Source of the DNA: a virus
Reading direction: 5' to 3' (one strand)
Length of the DNA stretch: 46,142 nt
IMG/VR virus record: IMGVR_UViG_3300002461_000164
Span: 1 to 46,142 of that record
Part shown: in pieces, positions 6,963 through 14,427 of the stretch
Numbering within the stretch: position 1 is the first letter of the stretch
Layout: every line of letters begins with the position of its first letter
The notes under the pieces: model-generated
Database searches by the model: none
What the model saw: the letters and a program-made list of their open reading frames with translations, nothing else
What the model was told of the DNA's origin: nothing
Translations under genes and position numbers: made by a program

Positions 6963-7498
6963 TTCACACCCATAGCGGAACGCTCGACCTTGCGCAAGTA
7001 GTGTGATCGGCGCCGACACTTGTCGCTGCAGAACTGCGCTGATCGGCGCCGACCTTTGAACGTCGAGCCGCAGCAATCGCAATACCCGTTATACGCCGTT
7101 TGCTTGACGGTTTTCGGAACAGTCCTGCGTTCGTTGGCATTTTTCGTTTGCTGACGAAATCGAAGCTGAAACCGGGAAACCAAATCAACCGGATCAATCG
7201 AAAACGTCCCGTTAGCGTCGAGCCATACCGGAACGCCGTTAGCCGTGAAGAACGGATATTGCCCGCGGATTTCCACAGTGCCGGCCGCGGATTTTTCGAG
7301 CCAATTAATTTTCCAAACATATTTTCCGCGCGGCACCAATGAGAGATTTATAAATCTTCCGTCGGGCAATCTCGAAAACCATTTGCCTGCGATGTAATAT
7401 CGACCGGCTCTTATGACCGATAATTCCGACAGTCCCGCATCGTCTCGGATCGCCACACCCAGGCTGATCGAAAACCGACTTCCGAGCGAAATTTCCAA
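6959..7498 (-). CDS. Hypothetical protein with a C-terminal zinc-ribbon (CDCCG...FCSDKCRRRSH)
   Basis: Open frame to 7534 with no ATG. TTG at 7498 is preceded by a strong SD (GGGAGG, 6-nt spacing). Alternative starts are GTG 7531 and TTG 7534. Confidence 0.65.
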   Translation of the reverse strand: MEISLGSRFSISLGVAIRDDAGLSELSVIRAGRYYIAGKWFSRLPDGRFINLSLVPRGKYVWKINWLEKSAAGTVEIRGQYPFFTANGVPVWLDANGTFSIDPVDLVSRFQLRFRQQTKNANERRTVPKTVKQTAYNGYCDCCGSTFKGRRRSAQFCSDKCRRRSHYLRKVERSAMGVK

Positions 7499-7520
7499 AA
7501 TCCGCCTCCCATTTTCGTAT

Positions 7521-7570
7521 ACAGATGCCACCAAGTCAACGGTTTAACCCTACAGATGCCACCAAGTCAA
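7521..7570. repeat. Two exact 19-bp direct repeats, acagatgccaccaagtcaa (7521..7539 and 7552..7570)
   Basis: Read directly; the period is 31 bp. On the minus strand each copy reads TTGACTTGGTGGCATCTGT, starting with a -35-like TTGACT. Confidence 0.9.
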
Positions 7571-7662
7571 GTCATGAAAAACCTATTGAAAACGCTCAAT
7601 AATTTTCAAAATTCGTACACCGATGCCGTGACTTTGCGTCTAATCCCATTCTGCTCTCTGAA

Positions 7663-7749
7663 AGTGATAGATACCGTACGAATAACAGAGTGACGTACTA
7701 AACTGATATATCAACCATTATCCGGTTAATTGGTACGTTATCTATCACT
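7663..7749. repeat. 17-bp inverted repeat (16/17 match) with a 53-bp spacer in the AT-rich intergenic region
   Basis: agtgatagataCcgtac (7663..7679) versus the reverse complement of gtacgTtatctatcact (7733..7749). Confidence 0.85.
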
Positions 7750-7881
7750 CTCAACCCCTACGATATACAATAAAGGTATATAACATAAAACAGCTAACCA
7801 AATGAAAAATAACGAAAAATTACAACCCGCGTCCTTCCGCCGCTTAAGACACAGCACCCGCAACCCTGCTAACCCATTGAA

Positions 7882-7921
7882 TTTGTTCCGCGTTGACAAT
7901 GACGCACCGCGCTGATACGTT
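7882..7921 (+). promoter_or_regulatory. Predicted early rightward promoter with an inverted GCGGAACAAA motif
   Basis: TTTGTTCCGC (7882..7891), -35 TTGACA (7893..7898), a 17-nt spacer and -10 TACGTT (7916..7921). GGAGG lies at 7930 and the ATG at 7942. Confidence 0.55.
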
Positions 7922-7941
7922 GATTTTCTGGAGGTGACACC

Positions 7942-8136
7942 ATGGCCCGTTACGCTGACGCAATTGAATGGATCGCCCGCAACGAAGATATTTCGGATAT
8001 TACCGACCGCGGCGATGATCCGATATTGTCGATAAATATGCAGATGGTCGCGGACATTTGGGGAAAGGAAACTGACCGTGTCCGCCTCGACATTATCAAC
8101 CGCGCAAAATTGATCGCCATACGGGAGACTCGCTAA
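7942..8136 (+). CDS. Hypothetical early protein (64 aa)
   Basis: GGAGG lies 8 nt upstream of the ATG. This is the first gene of the rightward operon. Confidence 0.75.
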   Translation: MARYADAIEWIARNEDISDITDRGDDPILSINMQMVADIWGKETDRVRLDIINRAKLIAIRETR

Positions 8137-8343
8137 ATGCTCGACACTCTGACCAGTTACCACGCACAGCGCGTAACGATAGACCGCCAGCGGATAAACG
8201 GCGAGATTTCGCAACGTGTCGCCGACGCATGGGTTGCCGAATTGAAGCACTCGCACCGCGAAGAACTGTTACGCGGCGTCGCTGAACGGCTCGGCGTCAC
8301 GGATTCCGCGCTGCAATCCGCATTCGTGGAGATTCTGTCATGA
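8137..8343 (+). CDS. Hypothetical protein (68 aa)
   Basis: The ATG directly follows the TAA of the upstream gene. Confidence 0.7.
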   Translation: MLDTLTSYHAQRVTIDRQRINGEISQRVADAWVAELKHSHREELLRGVAERLGVTDSALQSAFVEILS

Positions 8344-8543
8344 ACCGTACATTTCTGATCCGCCGACTGACCGATCTGCAGGCACAGCACCGCCAATGCT
8401 CATGGGTAATCGAGAATTTCCCGGCGCCTGGACCGGAACACGGCGAGGCGGTGCGTGCTTTATGGGCGGAACGCCGGACCCAATGGCAGGCACACCAGCG
8501 GCAAATTTTCCGCCGTATCGAGGGATATTTACCGTGGCTGTGA
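8340..8543 (+). CDS. Hypothetical protein (67 aa)
   Basis: ATGA stop-start overlap with the upstream gene. Confidence 0.7.
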   Translation: MNRTFLIRRLTDLQAQHRQCSWVIENFPAPGPEHGEAVRALWAERRTQWQAHQRQIFRRIEGYLPWL

Positions 8544-8809
8544 AACCCTGTCCGTTCTGCAGCGTGGATATGCGCATGACGTGCGGTCCGAACAACATCA
8601 CCATTCTGGAGCATCCGAAGGACAATTTTAACTGTCCGGCCGTCAATTCGAAATTGCCATACTCGCCGGGCAATACCGAACGCCTGGACGCATGGAACCG
8701 CCGCGCCCTGGTCGCACAGATCAGCGCCGCGCTCGCCACCTGTGATTATTCGGAATGGACCGCGACGGAATTGATGATGCGCCTTGCCGCGCTGGAAACC
8801 GACGCGTGA
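8540..8809 (+). CDS. Lar-like restriction alleviation family protein (89 aa, GTG start)
   Basis: VKPCPFCSVDMRM... and ...RLDAWNRRAL match the KPCPFCG and AWNRRA hallmarks of the Lar family. GTGA overlap with the upstream stop. The upstream part of the track ORF (8396) is junk-like. Confidence 0.6.
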   Translation: MKPCPFCSVDMRMTCGPNNITILEHPKDNFNCPAVNSKLPYSPGNTERLDAWNRRALVAQISAALATCDYSEWTATELMMRLAALETDA

Positions 8810-8979
8810 CGCCGGCCGAACTGATGGCGGCATATGCGAGCGCATTGGACCGCGCCGAGTTGGCCCGCTATATTGACGACTGGAAACGGTCCGACGCCGA
8901 GCGCCGCCGCGCCCTGGACGACGCCGAGCGGCATCGCGCCGCATTGCTCGCACTCTTGCCGCCCGTGGAGCCGATATGA
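8806..8979 (+). CDS. Hypothetical protein (57 aa, GTG start)
   Basis: GTGA overlap with the upstream stop. Sequence VTPAELMAAYASALDRAELARYIDDWKRSD... Confidence 0.55.
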   Translation: MTPAELMAAYASALDRAELARYIDDWKRSDAERRRALDDAERHRAALLALLPPVEPI

Positions 8980-9143
8980 CCATAAAAATATCTTTGACAA
9001 AAAAAGAACTATGGGAACTCATGAACGGATTTGACGCGTCATTTATGAGCGGCGAGGAAGGGAACGAACTAGCCGAAAAAGTTTCGGCTAAACTTCACCG
9101 CGCTTATAATCGCGAACTTGATAGGGAAAAGTTAGTCGAATGA
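8976..9143 (+). CDS. Hypothetical protein (55 aa), absent from the supplied ORF track (below its size cut-off)
   Basis: Hand translation gives MTIKISLTKKELWELMNGFDASFMSGEEGNELAEKVSAKLHRAYNRELDREKLVE. ATGA overlaps at both ends (8976..8979 and 9140..9143) fill an otherwise empty 160-nt gap. Confidence 0.55.
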   Translation: MTIKISLTKKELWELMNGFDASFMSGEEGNELAEKVSAKLHRAYNRELDREKLVE

Positions 9144-9370
9144 AACACGTTCCGTTGACCGACAAACACCGGGCATTTCGCGACCAGATCAACGCCGTGA
9201 TCGCACAGCATACCTTGTCACTGACCGCACAGGAAATTCTAGCGATCGTGTCGCAGATCGTCGGCGAAGTTATCGCGCTCCAGGATGAACAATTGCTGGC
9301 GCCTGACACTGCAATTGAAATCGTCATGGAAAACATGCGGCTCGGAAACGCACTGGCGCACGTGAAATGA
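9140..9370 (+). CDS. Hypothetical protein (76 aa)
   Basis: ATGA-coupled ORF in the early operon. Confidence 0.7.
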   Translation: MKHVPLTDKHRAFRDQINAVIAQHTLSLTAQEILAIVSQIVGEVIALQDEQLLAPDTAIEIVMENMRLGNALAHVK

Positions 9371-9735
9371 TAGCCCTGGACGATCGCGGATTTTACGCCA
9401 CGGAATTTCCCGCCGAGCGGTTTTCGACCGAACGGGAAGCGGGCGCGTGGTGGAAAATATGCGAGATCGGGCAAACCGCATATCTCGACTGGAGACGCAA
9501 GGACATGGATAACGCGTTCAGACTGGCGGCATATGCCGAAGCGTTGCGACTGGTGCGATTCAAGCCGAAAATGCGATCACTGGACGCCCGCCGCGAAGCA
9601 TTGGAACGACTAGTGCCGCAAGATTTATTCGGCCCGCTCTATTATGACACGATCAAGCGGCCGGCGAACCCGCACGCCGAGACGCGTTGGCTGATCGGCG
9701 GGATAATGAATATGATACCGGAACCGGACCGATGA
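9367..9735 (+). CDS. Hypothetical protein (122 aa)
   Basis: ATGA-coupled ORF. Confidence 0.7.
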   Translation: MIALDDRGFYATEFPAERFSTEREAGAWWKICEIGQTAYLDWRRKDMDNAFRLAAYAEALRLVRFKPKMRSLDARREALERLVPQDLFGPLYYDTIKRPANPHAETRWLIGGIMNMIPEPDR

Positions 9736-10274
9736 CCATTGAACCGCAACAAGTCGTCGCGATGATGGACGCGGCAAACGTGTCCGTCGAGCGCATGGCG
9801 CGGCACCTGGACCGTCCACCATCCGCAATCCAGTCGTGGCGCGATGGAACCGGCCGGGCGCCGCAATATCTCGCGCTAACCCTGGAGGCGATCAGACGCG
9901 GCCTACAGCCCGCCAGCGTGGCACGCATGATCCGGATCGACGTTGCGGCTGCAATCGGCGTCCCGGCATCGTCGGCGAGGTACTGGCGCCTTACACGACA
10001 ATACCCGATCGCGGCCCGGTTCGCCGTCGCCGCGGTTGACGATGCCAAAAAAGCGACGTCGCATGACGTAAAAGTATTGCGGAACATTCGAACGGGACGG
10101 TACTATCAGACCCATACCGGATGGCGCGCATTGCCGGTACTCGGGAAGGCAATGCCGACGATCAGCCGGGAAAAAGTCCGATCGTTGCTCGGCGCCGGCT
10201 TGGTCTCCACAACTGGACGATATCTGTCACTCACACCGAAGGGGTTAGATACTGCCTATGCACAAACTGATTGA
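9732..10274 (+). CDS. Hypothetical protein, possible HTH DNA-binding (180 aa)
   Basis: ATGA overlap at 9732. The segment VERMARHLDRPPSAIQSWRDG looks HTH-like. Confidence 0.65.
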   Translation: MTIEPQQVVAMMDAANVSVERMARHLDRPPSAIQSWRDGTGRAPQYLALTLEAIRRGLQPASVARMIRIDVAAAIGVPASSARYWRLTRQYPIAARFAVAAVDDAKKATSHDVKVLRNIRTGRYYQTHTGWRALPVLGKAMPTISREKVRSLLGAGLVSTTGRYLSLTPKGLDTAYAQTD

Positions 10275-10782
10275 CGCGATGATGCGGATTGCCGGTCCCG
10301 GCGTTCCGGCACTGACGATCAAAGACGAAGCGGAACGCTTGTGGAAGCAAACCCGCGGCCGCTCCAGGTTCGAAACGGAAATGACGATTAGGCCGTTCGT
10401 GGAAAAATACACGCTCGGCGCGGGCGATCGGATCGACGCCGTTAACCAGATTTGCGTTGCGCTCGGCGTGCCGCCCGCGTCCGACGTCGAGACCGACGCC
10501 GAGCGGATCGCGGCGTTACTGACTTCGTATTTCCAGACCGATCGGGCAATCATCGTCGCAAACAATCTGCTGATGACGCGTCCGTCACGCGAAATGCTGG
10601 TGGAAATTTTCAGTGCTTTCGATCTGGCATTTCTGGCACCGAAGATCGCCGACATTATCCACGACAGACCGATCACGTTCAAGAACCGTGCGGCGTTGGT
10701 GGAAGCTTGCCACCAGACAGGGATTCGCAATCCCCACCCCATAGCCGACGCGCTGATCGCGGCGAGTAAGCGCGATGTTTAA
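10258..10782 (+). CDS. Hypothetical protein (174 aa)
   Basis: Long ORF in the operon frame series; it overlaps its neighbours by 17 and 8 nt. Confidence 0.7.
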   Translation: MHKLIDAMMRIAGPGVPALTIKDEAERLWKQTRGRSRFETEMTIRPFVEKYTLGAGDRIDAVNQICVALGVPPASDVETDAERIAALLTSYFQTDRAIIVANNLLMTRPSREMLVEIFSAFDLAFLAPKIADIIHDRPITFKNRAALVEACHQTGIRNPHPIADALIAASKRDV

Positions 10783-10990
10783 CGCGCTCGCACGATGGAT
10801 AGAACGCCGGGCGCCTGCCAGGAACGCGGCGCCCGAGAACGTCGGCGACTTTGTCGATATGCTGATTATGCACTATGACCACAAGGCCGCAGAATACCGC
10901 CTCGCCGCCTGCCAACTCGAAGAACAAGCGATCGACGCGGAACACCGCGCCGCCGCGCTGCGGACGATAAGGGACGTGACCGATGACTGA
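10775..10990 (+). CDS. Hypothetical protein (71 aa)
   Basis: 8-nt overlaps on both sides; helical-looking sequence. Confidence 0.6.
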   Translation: MFNALARWIERRAPARNAAPENVGDFVDMLIMHYDHKAAEYRLAACQLEEQAIDAEHRAAALRTIRDVTDD

Positions 10991-11462
10991 TTTACGTGAC
11001 ACTCTGAAAGCCGTCCGCGATGCCATCGTGCGCGCCGATATCGATACGCTTTGGATGCCAGACGATAGCGGCTATATGGGCGGAACCGTCGTGGATTTCA
11101 TAGATACGGCGCTCGCCGAAGAACCGCTGCGGTTAAGCGCCGCGACCGCCTCGCAAAATGCGGCACTGATTCTTGCCCGTCGCCATTTGGTTTCCTTGAC
11201 TGGTGGCGACACGTCGATCGTCTCACAAGCGGACCAAAATTTCATAGACGCGGCGCTCGCCGAAGAACCGCAGCCGGACGCCGCGTTTCAGTTAGGTTTG
11301 TCCACGGCAATCCGTTTCGTGGAAAAACGCCGAGACGCCTATGTTGAAGAACACGGCAATTACGATCCGCATACGGGAGTAACGGAATTTCCCGGTAATG
11401 GTGACGACACTGTCGCCGAATGGGATGAAATTATTGAAGGATTGAAGGCGCTAAAGTCATGA
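10983..11462 (+). CDS. Hypothetical acidic protein with an internal FID(T/A)ALAEEP repeat (159 aa)
   Basis: ORF contains VVDFIDTALAEEPLRL and QNFIDAALAEEPQPD repeats. Confidence 0.7.
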   Translation: MTDLRDTLKAVRDAIVRADIDTLWMPDDSGYMGGTVVDFIDTALAEEPLRLSAATASQNAALILARRHLVSLTGGDTSIVSQADQNFIDAALAEEPQPDAAFQLGLSTAIRFVEKRRDAYVEEHGNYDPHTGVTEFPGNGDDTVAEWDEIIEGLKALKS

Positions 11463-11662
11463 GCATGTTTGATCCGACAATCAACACGCACACCATCAGC
11501 GAGACACGGGAGGAAGCACGCGCCCGCGTGTCAATGATCGCCGCGATGCAAAAAGCCGAAACCCTGCTCGGCGGACCCGTGAAGATCGATCACAACCGCA
11601 GCACGACGGAATACCGGGAAAACGGGCAAGTCGTCCTAACAGCCGTGTTTGTGCGCCAATGA
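11459..11662 (+). CDS. Hypothetical protein (67 aa)
   Basis: ATGA-coupled ORF. Confidence 0.65.
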   Translation: MSMFDPTINTHTISETREEARARVSMIAAMQKAETLLGGPVKIDHNRSTTEYRENGQVVLTAVFVRQ

Positions 11663-11892
11663 CGCCGACAGAACTAGCACGCATCGTCGCGGATGATCTG
11701 CAGGGAACGGCCAAAAGCTTAACCGCTTCCCTGGACGCGTTTGATGCGGAAGGCATGGAAAATAACACCGAGTTTTGCGCCGAACTGGACCAGCTTGTTT
11801 TTCTCTGCGAACAATGCGGGTGGTGGTTTGAACAGTCGGAAATGGCGGACGACTGCGGCGACGATTGGAAATGCGAGGAATGCGGACAATGA
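11659..11892 (+). CDS. Hypothetical zinc-ribbon protein (77 aa)
   Basis: CEQCGWW...CEECG forms a four-Cys motif. ATGA-coupled. Confidence 0.65.
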   Translation: MTPTELARIVADDLQGTAKSLTASLDAFDAEGMENNTEFCAELDQLVFLCEQCGWWFEQSEMADDCGDDWKCEECGQ

Positions 11893-12779
11893 GCGACCTA
11901 TTCAGCCCGCCCGTCGTCACGCTCGGCGACTGCACAATCCACAACGGCGATATGCTCCAGGTTATCGCTGGCATGCCGGAAAACTCGATTGACGGCGTCT
12001 TGACCGATCCGCCCTATCACCTATCGAGCGTGACCAAGCGGCTCGGCAAGCCCGGCTCGGCGCCGATCGTGCACGGAACAGATGGTGCGTACGCCCGAGC
12101 CGCCCGCGGCTTCATGGGCAAGGAATGGGATGGCGGCGACATAGCGTTCCGGCCGGACACCTGGAGAACCGTGTTGCGCGTCATGAAGCCGGGCGCGCAT
12201 ATGCTGGTGTTCGGCGGATCGCGCACCGCGCACCGAATGTTCACCGCGATCGAAGATGCCGGCTTCAACGTGCGGGATTCGATCGCCTGGATATACGGTT
12301 CAGGCCATCCGAAATTGCCAGTGATCGTTCAGCGATTTGACGGTTACGCAATAGCGGTCAAGCCGAGCCATGAGCCTATTGCACTGTTCCGGAAAGACCT
12401 GGACGGCTCGACAAACGAAAACGTGTGGAAATGGGCAACTGGCGCGCTTAATATTGACGGCTGCAGATTTGGCGCCGACAATCGATTTCCCGGGAACGTG
12501 ATCCATGATGGATCGATACTCGGCGACGCGGCGCGCTATTTCTATCACGTCAAGGCGGACCGCGCCGACCGCAACGGCTCCAATCATCCGACTGTCAAGC
12601 CGATCAACCTTTTGCGGTATCTGTTGCGGCTGATCATGCCACCGGGCGGAACGGTCCTGGATAGTTTCGCCGGCACAGGCACAACGCTCGCCGCGGCTCG
12701 CCTGGAGGGTTTCCGATCGATCGGCGTGGAACGTGACGTCGGCTATTTCCTCGATATCAAAAGGAGAATGCAGCAATGA
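11889..12779 (+). CDS. Orphan DNA methyltransferase, N6_N4_Mtase family (beta-class, DPPY)
   Basis: Catalytic LTDPPYH lies near the N-terminus and the SAM motif DSFAGTGTT near the C-terminus. ATGA overlap at 11889. No cognate nuclease is nearby. Confidence 0.85.
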   Translation: MSDLFSPPVVTLGDCTIHNGDMLQVIAGMPENSIDGVLTDPPYHLSSVTKRLGKPGSAPIVHGTDGAYARAARGFMGKEWDGGDIAFRPDTWRTVLRVMKPGAHMLVFGGSRTAHRMFTAIEDAGFNVRDSIAWIYGSGHPKLPVIVQRFDGYAIAVKPSHEPIALFRKDLDGSTNENVWKWATGALNIDGCRFGADNRFPGNVIHDGSILGDAARYFYHVKADRADRNGSNHPTVKPINLLRYLLRLIMPPGGTVLDSFAGTGTTLAAARLEGFRSIGVERDVGYFLDIKRRMQQ

Positions 12780-13039
12780 TAGTCGTACGCGTGGAACTAT
12801 GGTCCGCAGTGACCGGCGAGAAAACCGAACTGGCGCGGATGCACGTCAATAACACCGGAGAACGCTTGCCGGGCGGAAAATGCAACTACGAAGGCAAAAC
12901 GTTTATCGGTCGCGATAGTGCCGCCCTGGACCGTCAAACCGTCTCAAAACGGGCAATGGTGCAGAATTGGCCGCGCGACCGTTTCCACGTCTGGAATCTG
13001 GTGCGCCGGATGCTTGACCACATGGGTTATGACGCATGA
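12776..13039 (+). CDS. Hypothetical protein (87 aa)
   Basis: ATGA-coupled ORF. Confidence 0.7.
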   Translation: MIVVRVELWSAVTGEKTELARMHVNNTGERLPGGKCNYEGKTFIGRDSAALDRQTVSKRAMVQNWPRDRFHVWNLVRRMLDHMGYDA

Positions 13040-13239
13040 GACCGGGAGAGACGCTTTACATGCTGGACGCGTACGGCGCAAACCCGGTCAAGGGAAAGCT
13101 GCGGCGAGTGACGGAAACGGGCGGAATCATTATCGAGGACGCCCGCGGCATTGTGTATTTCTCGCCGAGCGCCGATCGGCTGATTTTCCGCGATCTGTTC
13201 ACCCGGATCGTTCCTGGTGCGTGGTTTACCGGCGATTAA
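13036..13239 (+). CDS. Hypothetical protein (67 aa)
   Basis: ATGA-coupled ORF. Confidence 0.65.
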   Translation: MRPGETLYMLDAYGANPVKGKLRRVTETGGIIIEDARGIVYFSPSADRLIFRDLFTRIVPGAWFTGD

Positions 13240-13282
13240 CGATTGTCCGCTATGGTGCGACTGTCAAATAGGAGACAATCGC

Positions 13283-13390
13283 ATGAAGCTGATCGTTATC
13301 ACCCTCGCACTTTGGTTTCTTGCCGGCGCCGTCGCGCTGCACAGCCTTGACGAATTTTACCGCCTGCAGGAAATTGACAGGCGGGTATAA
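13283..13390 (+). CDS. Possible small single-pass membrane peptide (35 aa), not in the ORF track
   Basis: AGGAGA lies 6 nt upstream of the ATG. Sequence MKLIVITLALWFLAGAVALHSLDEFYRLQEIDRRV. It competes with a junk-like minus ORF at 13250..13489. Confidence 0.4.
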   Translation: MKLIVITLALWFLAGAVALHSLDEFYRLQEIDRRV

Positions 13391-13393
13391 ACC

Positions 13394-13426
13394 GCGCTTG
13401 ACAATGCGGAACAAACGACTAAATTG
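13394..13426 (+). promoter_or_regulatory. Sigma70-like promoter module, copy B
   Basis: GCGCTTGACAATGCGGAACAAACGACTAAATTG has -35 at 13398..13403 and -10 TAAATT at 13420..13425. It is followed by the conserved CGGAGACGCCRCCATGACC leader. Confidence 0.65.
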
Positions 13427-13451
13427 AAGGAACACAAACGGAGACGCCACC

Positions 13452-13673
13452 ATGACCGCTCTTGACCGCATCGCCGCAGAACTCGCCAAGCCGGTGATTG
13501 CCCGCGTCGTGACTACGTACTCAGACGGTGCGACGAAGGCTCATGAAACGCGGTCACTTGGCGCCGCTGCAAATTGGGCAATTGGTGAACGTCGCAAAAT
13601 CGACCGCGATCTGATCGACCGCGAAACTGGAGAGATTGTCCGTGTCATAAGCGTCACAGTTGAGACGATCTGA
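13452..13673 (+). CDS. Hypothetical protein (73 aa)
   Basis: First ORF after promoter module B, with GGAGA 9 nt upstream. Confidence 0.7.
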   Translation: MTALDRIAAELAKPVIARVVTTYSDGATKAHETRSLGAAANWAIGERRKIDRDLIDRETGEIVRVISVTVETI

Positions 13674-13771
13674 TGCGCGTTTTTATCGGGATGGAAACCA
13701 GCGGCATGACCCGCCGCGCTTTCGAGGCGCGCGGGCATGACCCGCCGCGCTTTCGAGGCGCGCGGGCATGA
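13673..13771 (+). pseudogene. Truncated N-terminal fragment (32 aa) of the C5-methyltransferase-like gene, frameshifted by the 31-bp duplication
   Basis: TGATG overlap with the upstream stop. MRVFIGMETSGMTRRAFEARGHD then runs out of frame (PPRFRGARA) to TGA at 13769..13771. Confidence 0.6.
13705..13766. repeat. Perfect 31-bp tandem duplication (2 copies plus 6 nt of a third)
   Basis: catgacccgccgcgctttcgaggcgcgcggg occupies 13705..13735 and again 13736..13766, followed by catgac. Confidence 0.95.
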
Positions 13772-14357
13772 CGTTATCTCCTGCGATCTGTTGCCGGCCG
13801 ATGACGACGGAAGGCATATTATCGGCGACGTGTTCGAAACGCTCAAAAAGCTTCGTCACGCCGGTTGGTGGCCGCGTCTGGCGATCTTCCATCCAACATG
13901 CACCTATCTGACGTGTTCAGCAGAATGGGCCTACGGTGACGGTCCGTACCACCAGAAAGTGAAACCCGGAACGCTTGTCGGCGCCGCTCGGCGCCAAGCA
14001 CGAGAAAACGCAATCGCCGACGTGCTACGGATCGATTCGCTACCTATCGAATTCAAGGCCGTCGAAAATCCGATCGGCGTTCTATCAAGCCGCTGGCGCA
14101 AGCCTGACCAGATTATTCAGCCGTTTCAATTTGGCGATGATGCCAGCAAGCGAACCGGCCTGCATTTGACCAATCTTCCGCAATTGGAAATCGATCCTGC
14201 TTTGCGGTGTCCCGGCCGTATGGTCAACGGTGTTGAACGCTGGTCAAACCAGACGGATTCCGGTCAGTCAAATGTCGGACCTAGTGAAACCCGATGGAAG
14301 GACCGCAGCAAGACCTATCCGGGGATTTCCAATGCCTTTGCCCTTAATTGGGGTTGA
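13737..14357 (+). CDS. Short phage-type DNA cytosine-C5 methyltransferase-like protein, lacking its motif-I N-terminus (206 aa)
   Basis: IFHPTCTYL (PC-type motif IV) and AVENPIG (ENV-type motif VI). The frame restarts at the ATG inside duplication copy 2. Confidence 0.6.
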   Translation: MTRRAFEARGHDVISCDLLPADDDGRHIIGDVFETLKKLRHAGWWPRLAIFHPTCTYLTCSAEWAYGDGPYHQKVKPGTLVGAARRQARENAIADVLRIDSLPIEFKAVENPIGVLSSRWRKPDQIIQPFQFGDDASKRTGLHLTNLPQLEIDPALRCPGRMVNGVERWSNQTDSGQSNVGPSETRWKDRSKTYPGISNAFALNWG

Positions 14358-14427
14358 CCATATTCCGCCTCGCCGGCCGCAAACAGAAAGGACTAAGGCC
14401 CCAACACGGCGAGGCGGATAATTCGAA

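Noticed and set aside
7663-7749. tetO-like half-sites (AGTGATAGA / TCTATCACT) in the inverted-repeat arms, tempting given the TetR-like gene at 17709
   Set aside because: The half-sites are about 60 bp apart and in everted order rather than forming a contiguous tetO palindrome. TetR-family operators are also not conserved across the family. I treat the resemblance as coincidence unless binding is shown.
7738-9022. Minus-strand ORFs 7738..8256 (172 aa) and 8297..9022 (241 aa) opposite the early genes
   Set aside because: They are antisense to a chain of ATGA-coupled plus-strand genes. Their products are Arg/Cys-rich and implausible, and 7738..8256 would start inside the AT-rich promoter region without an RBS.
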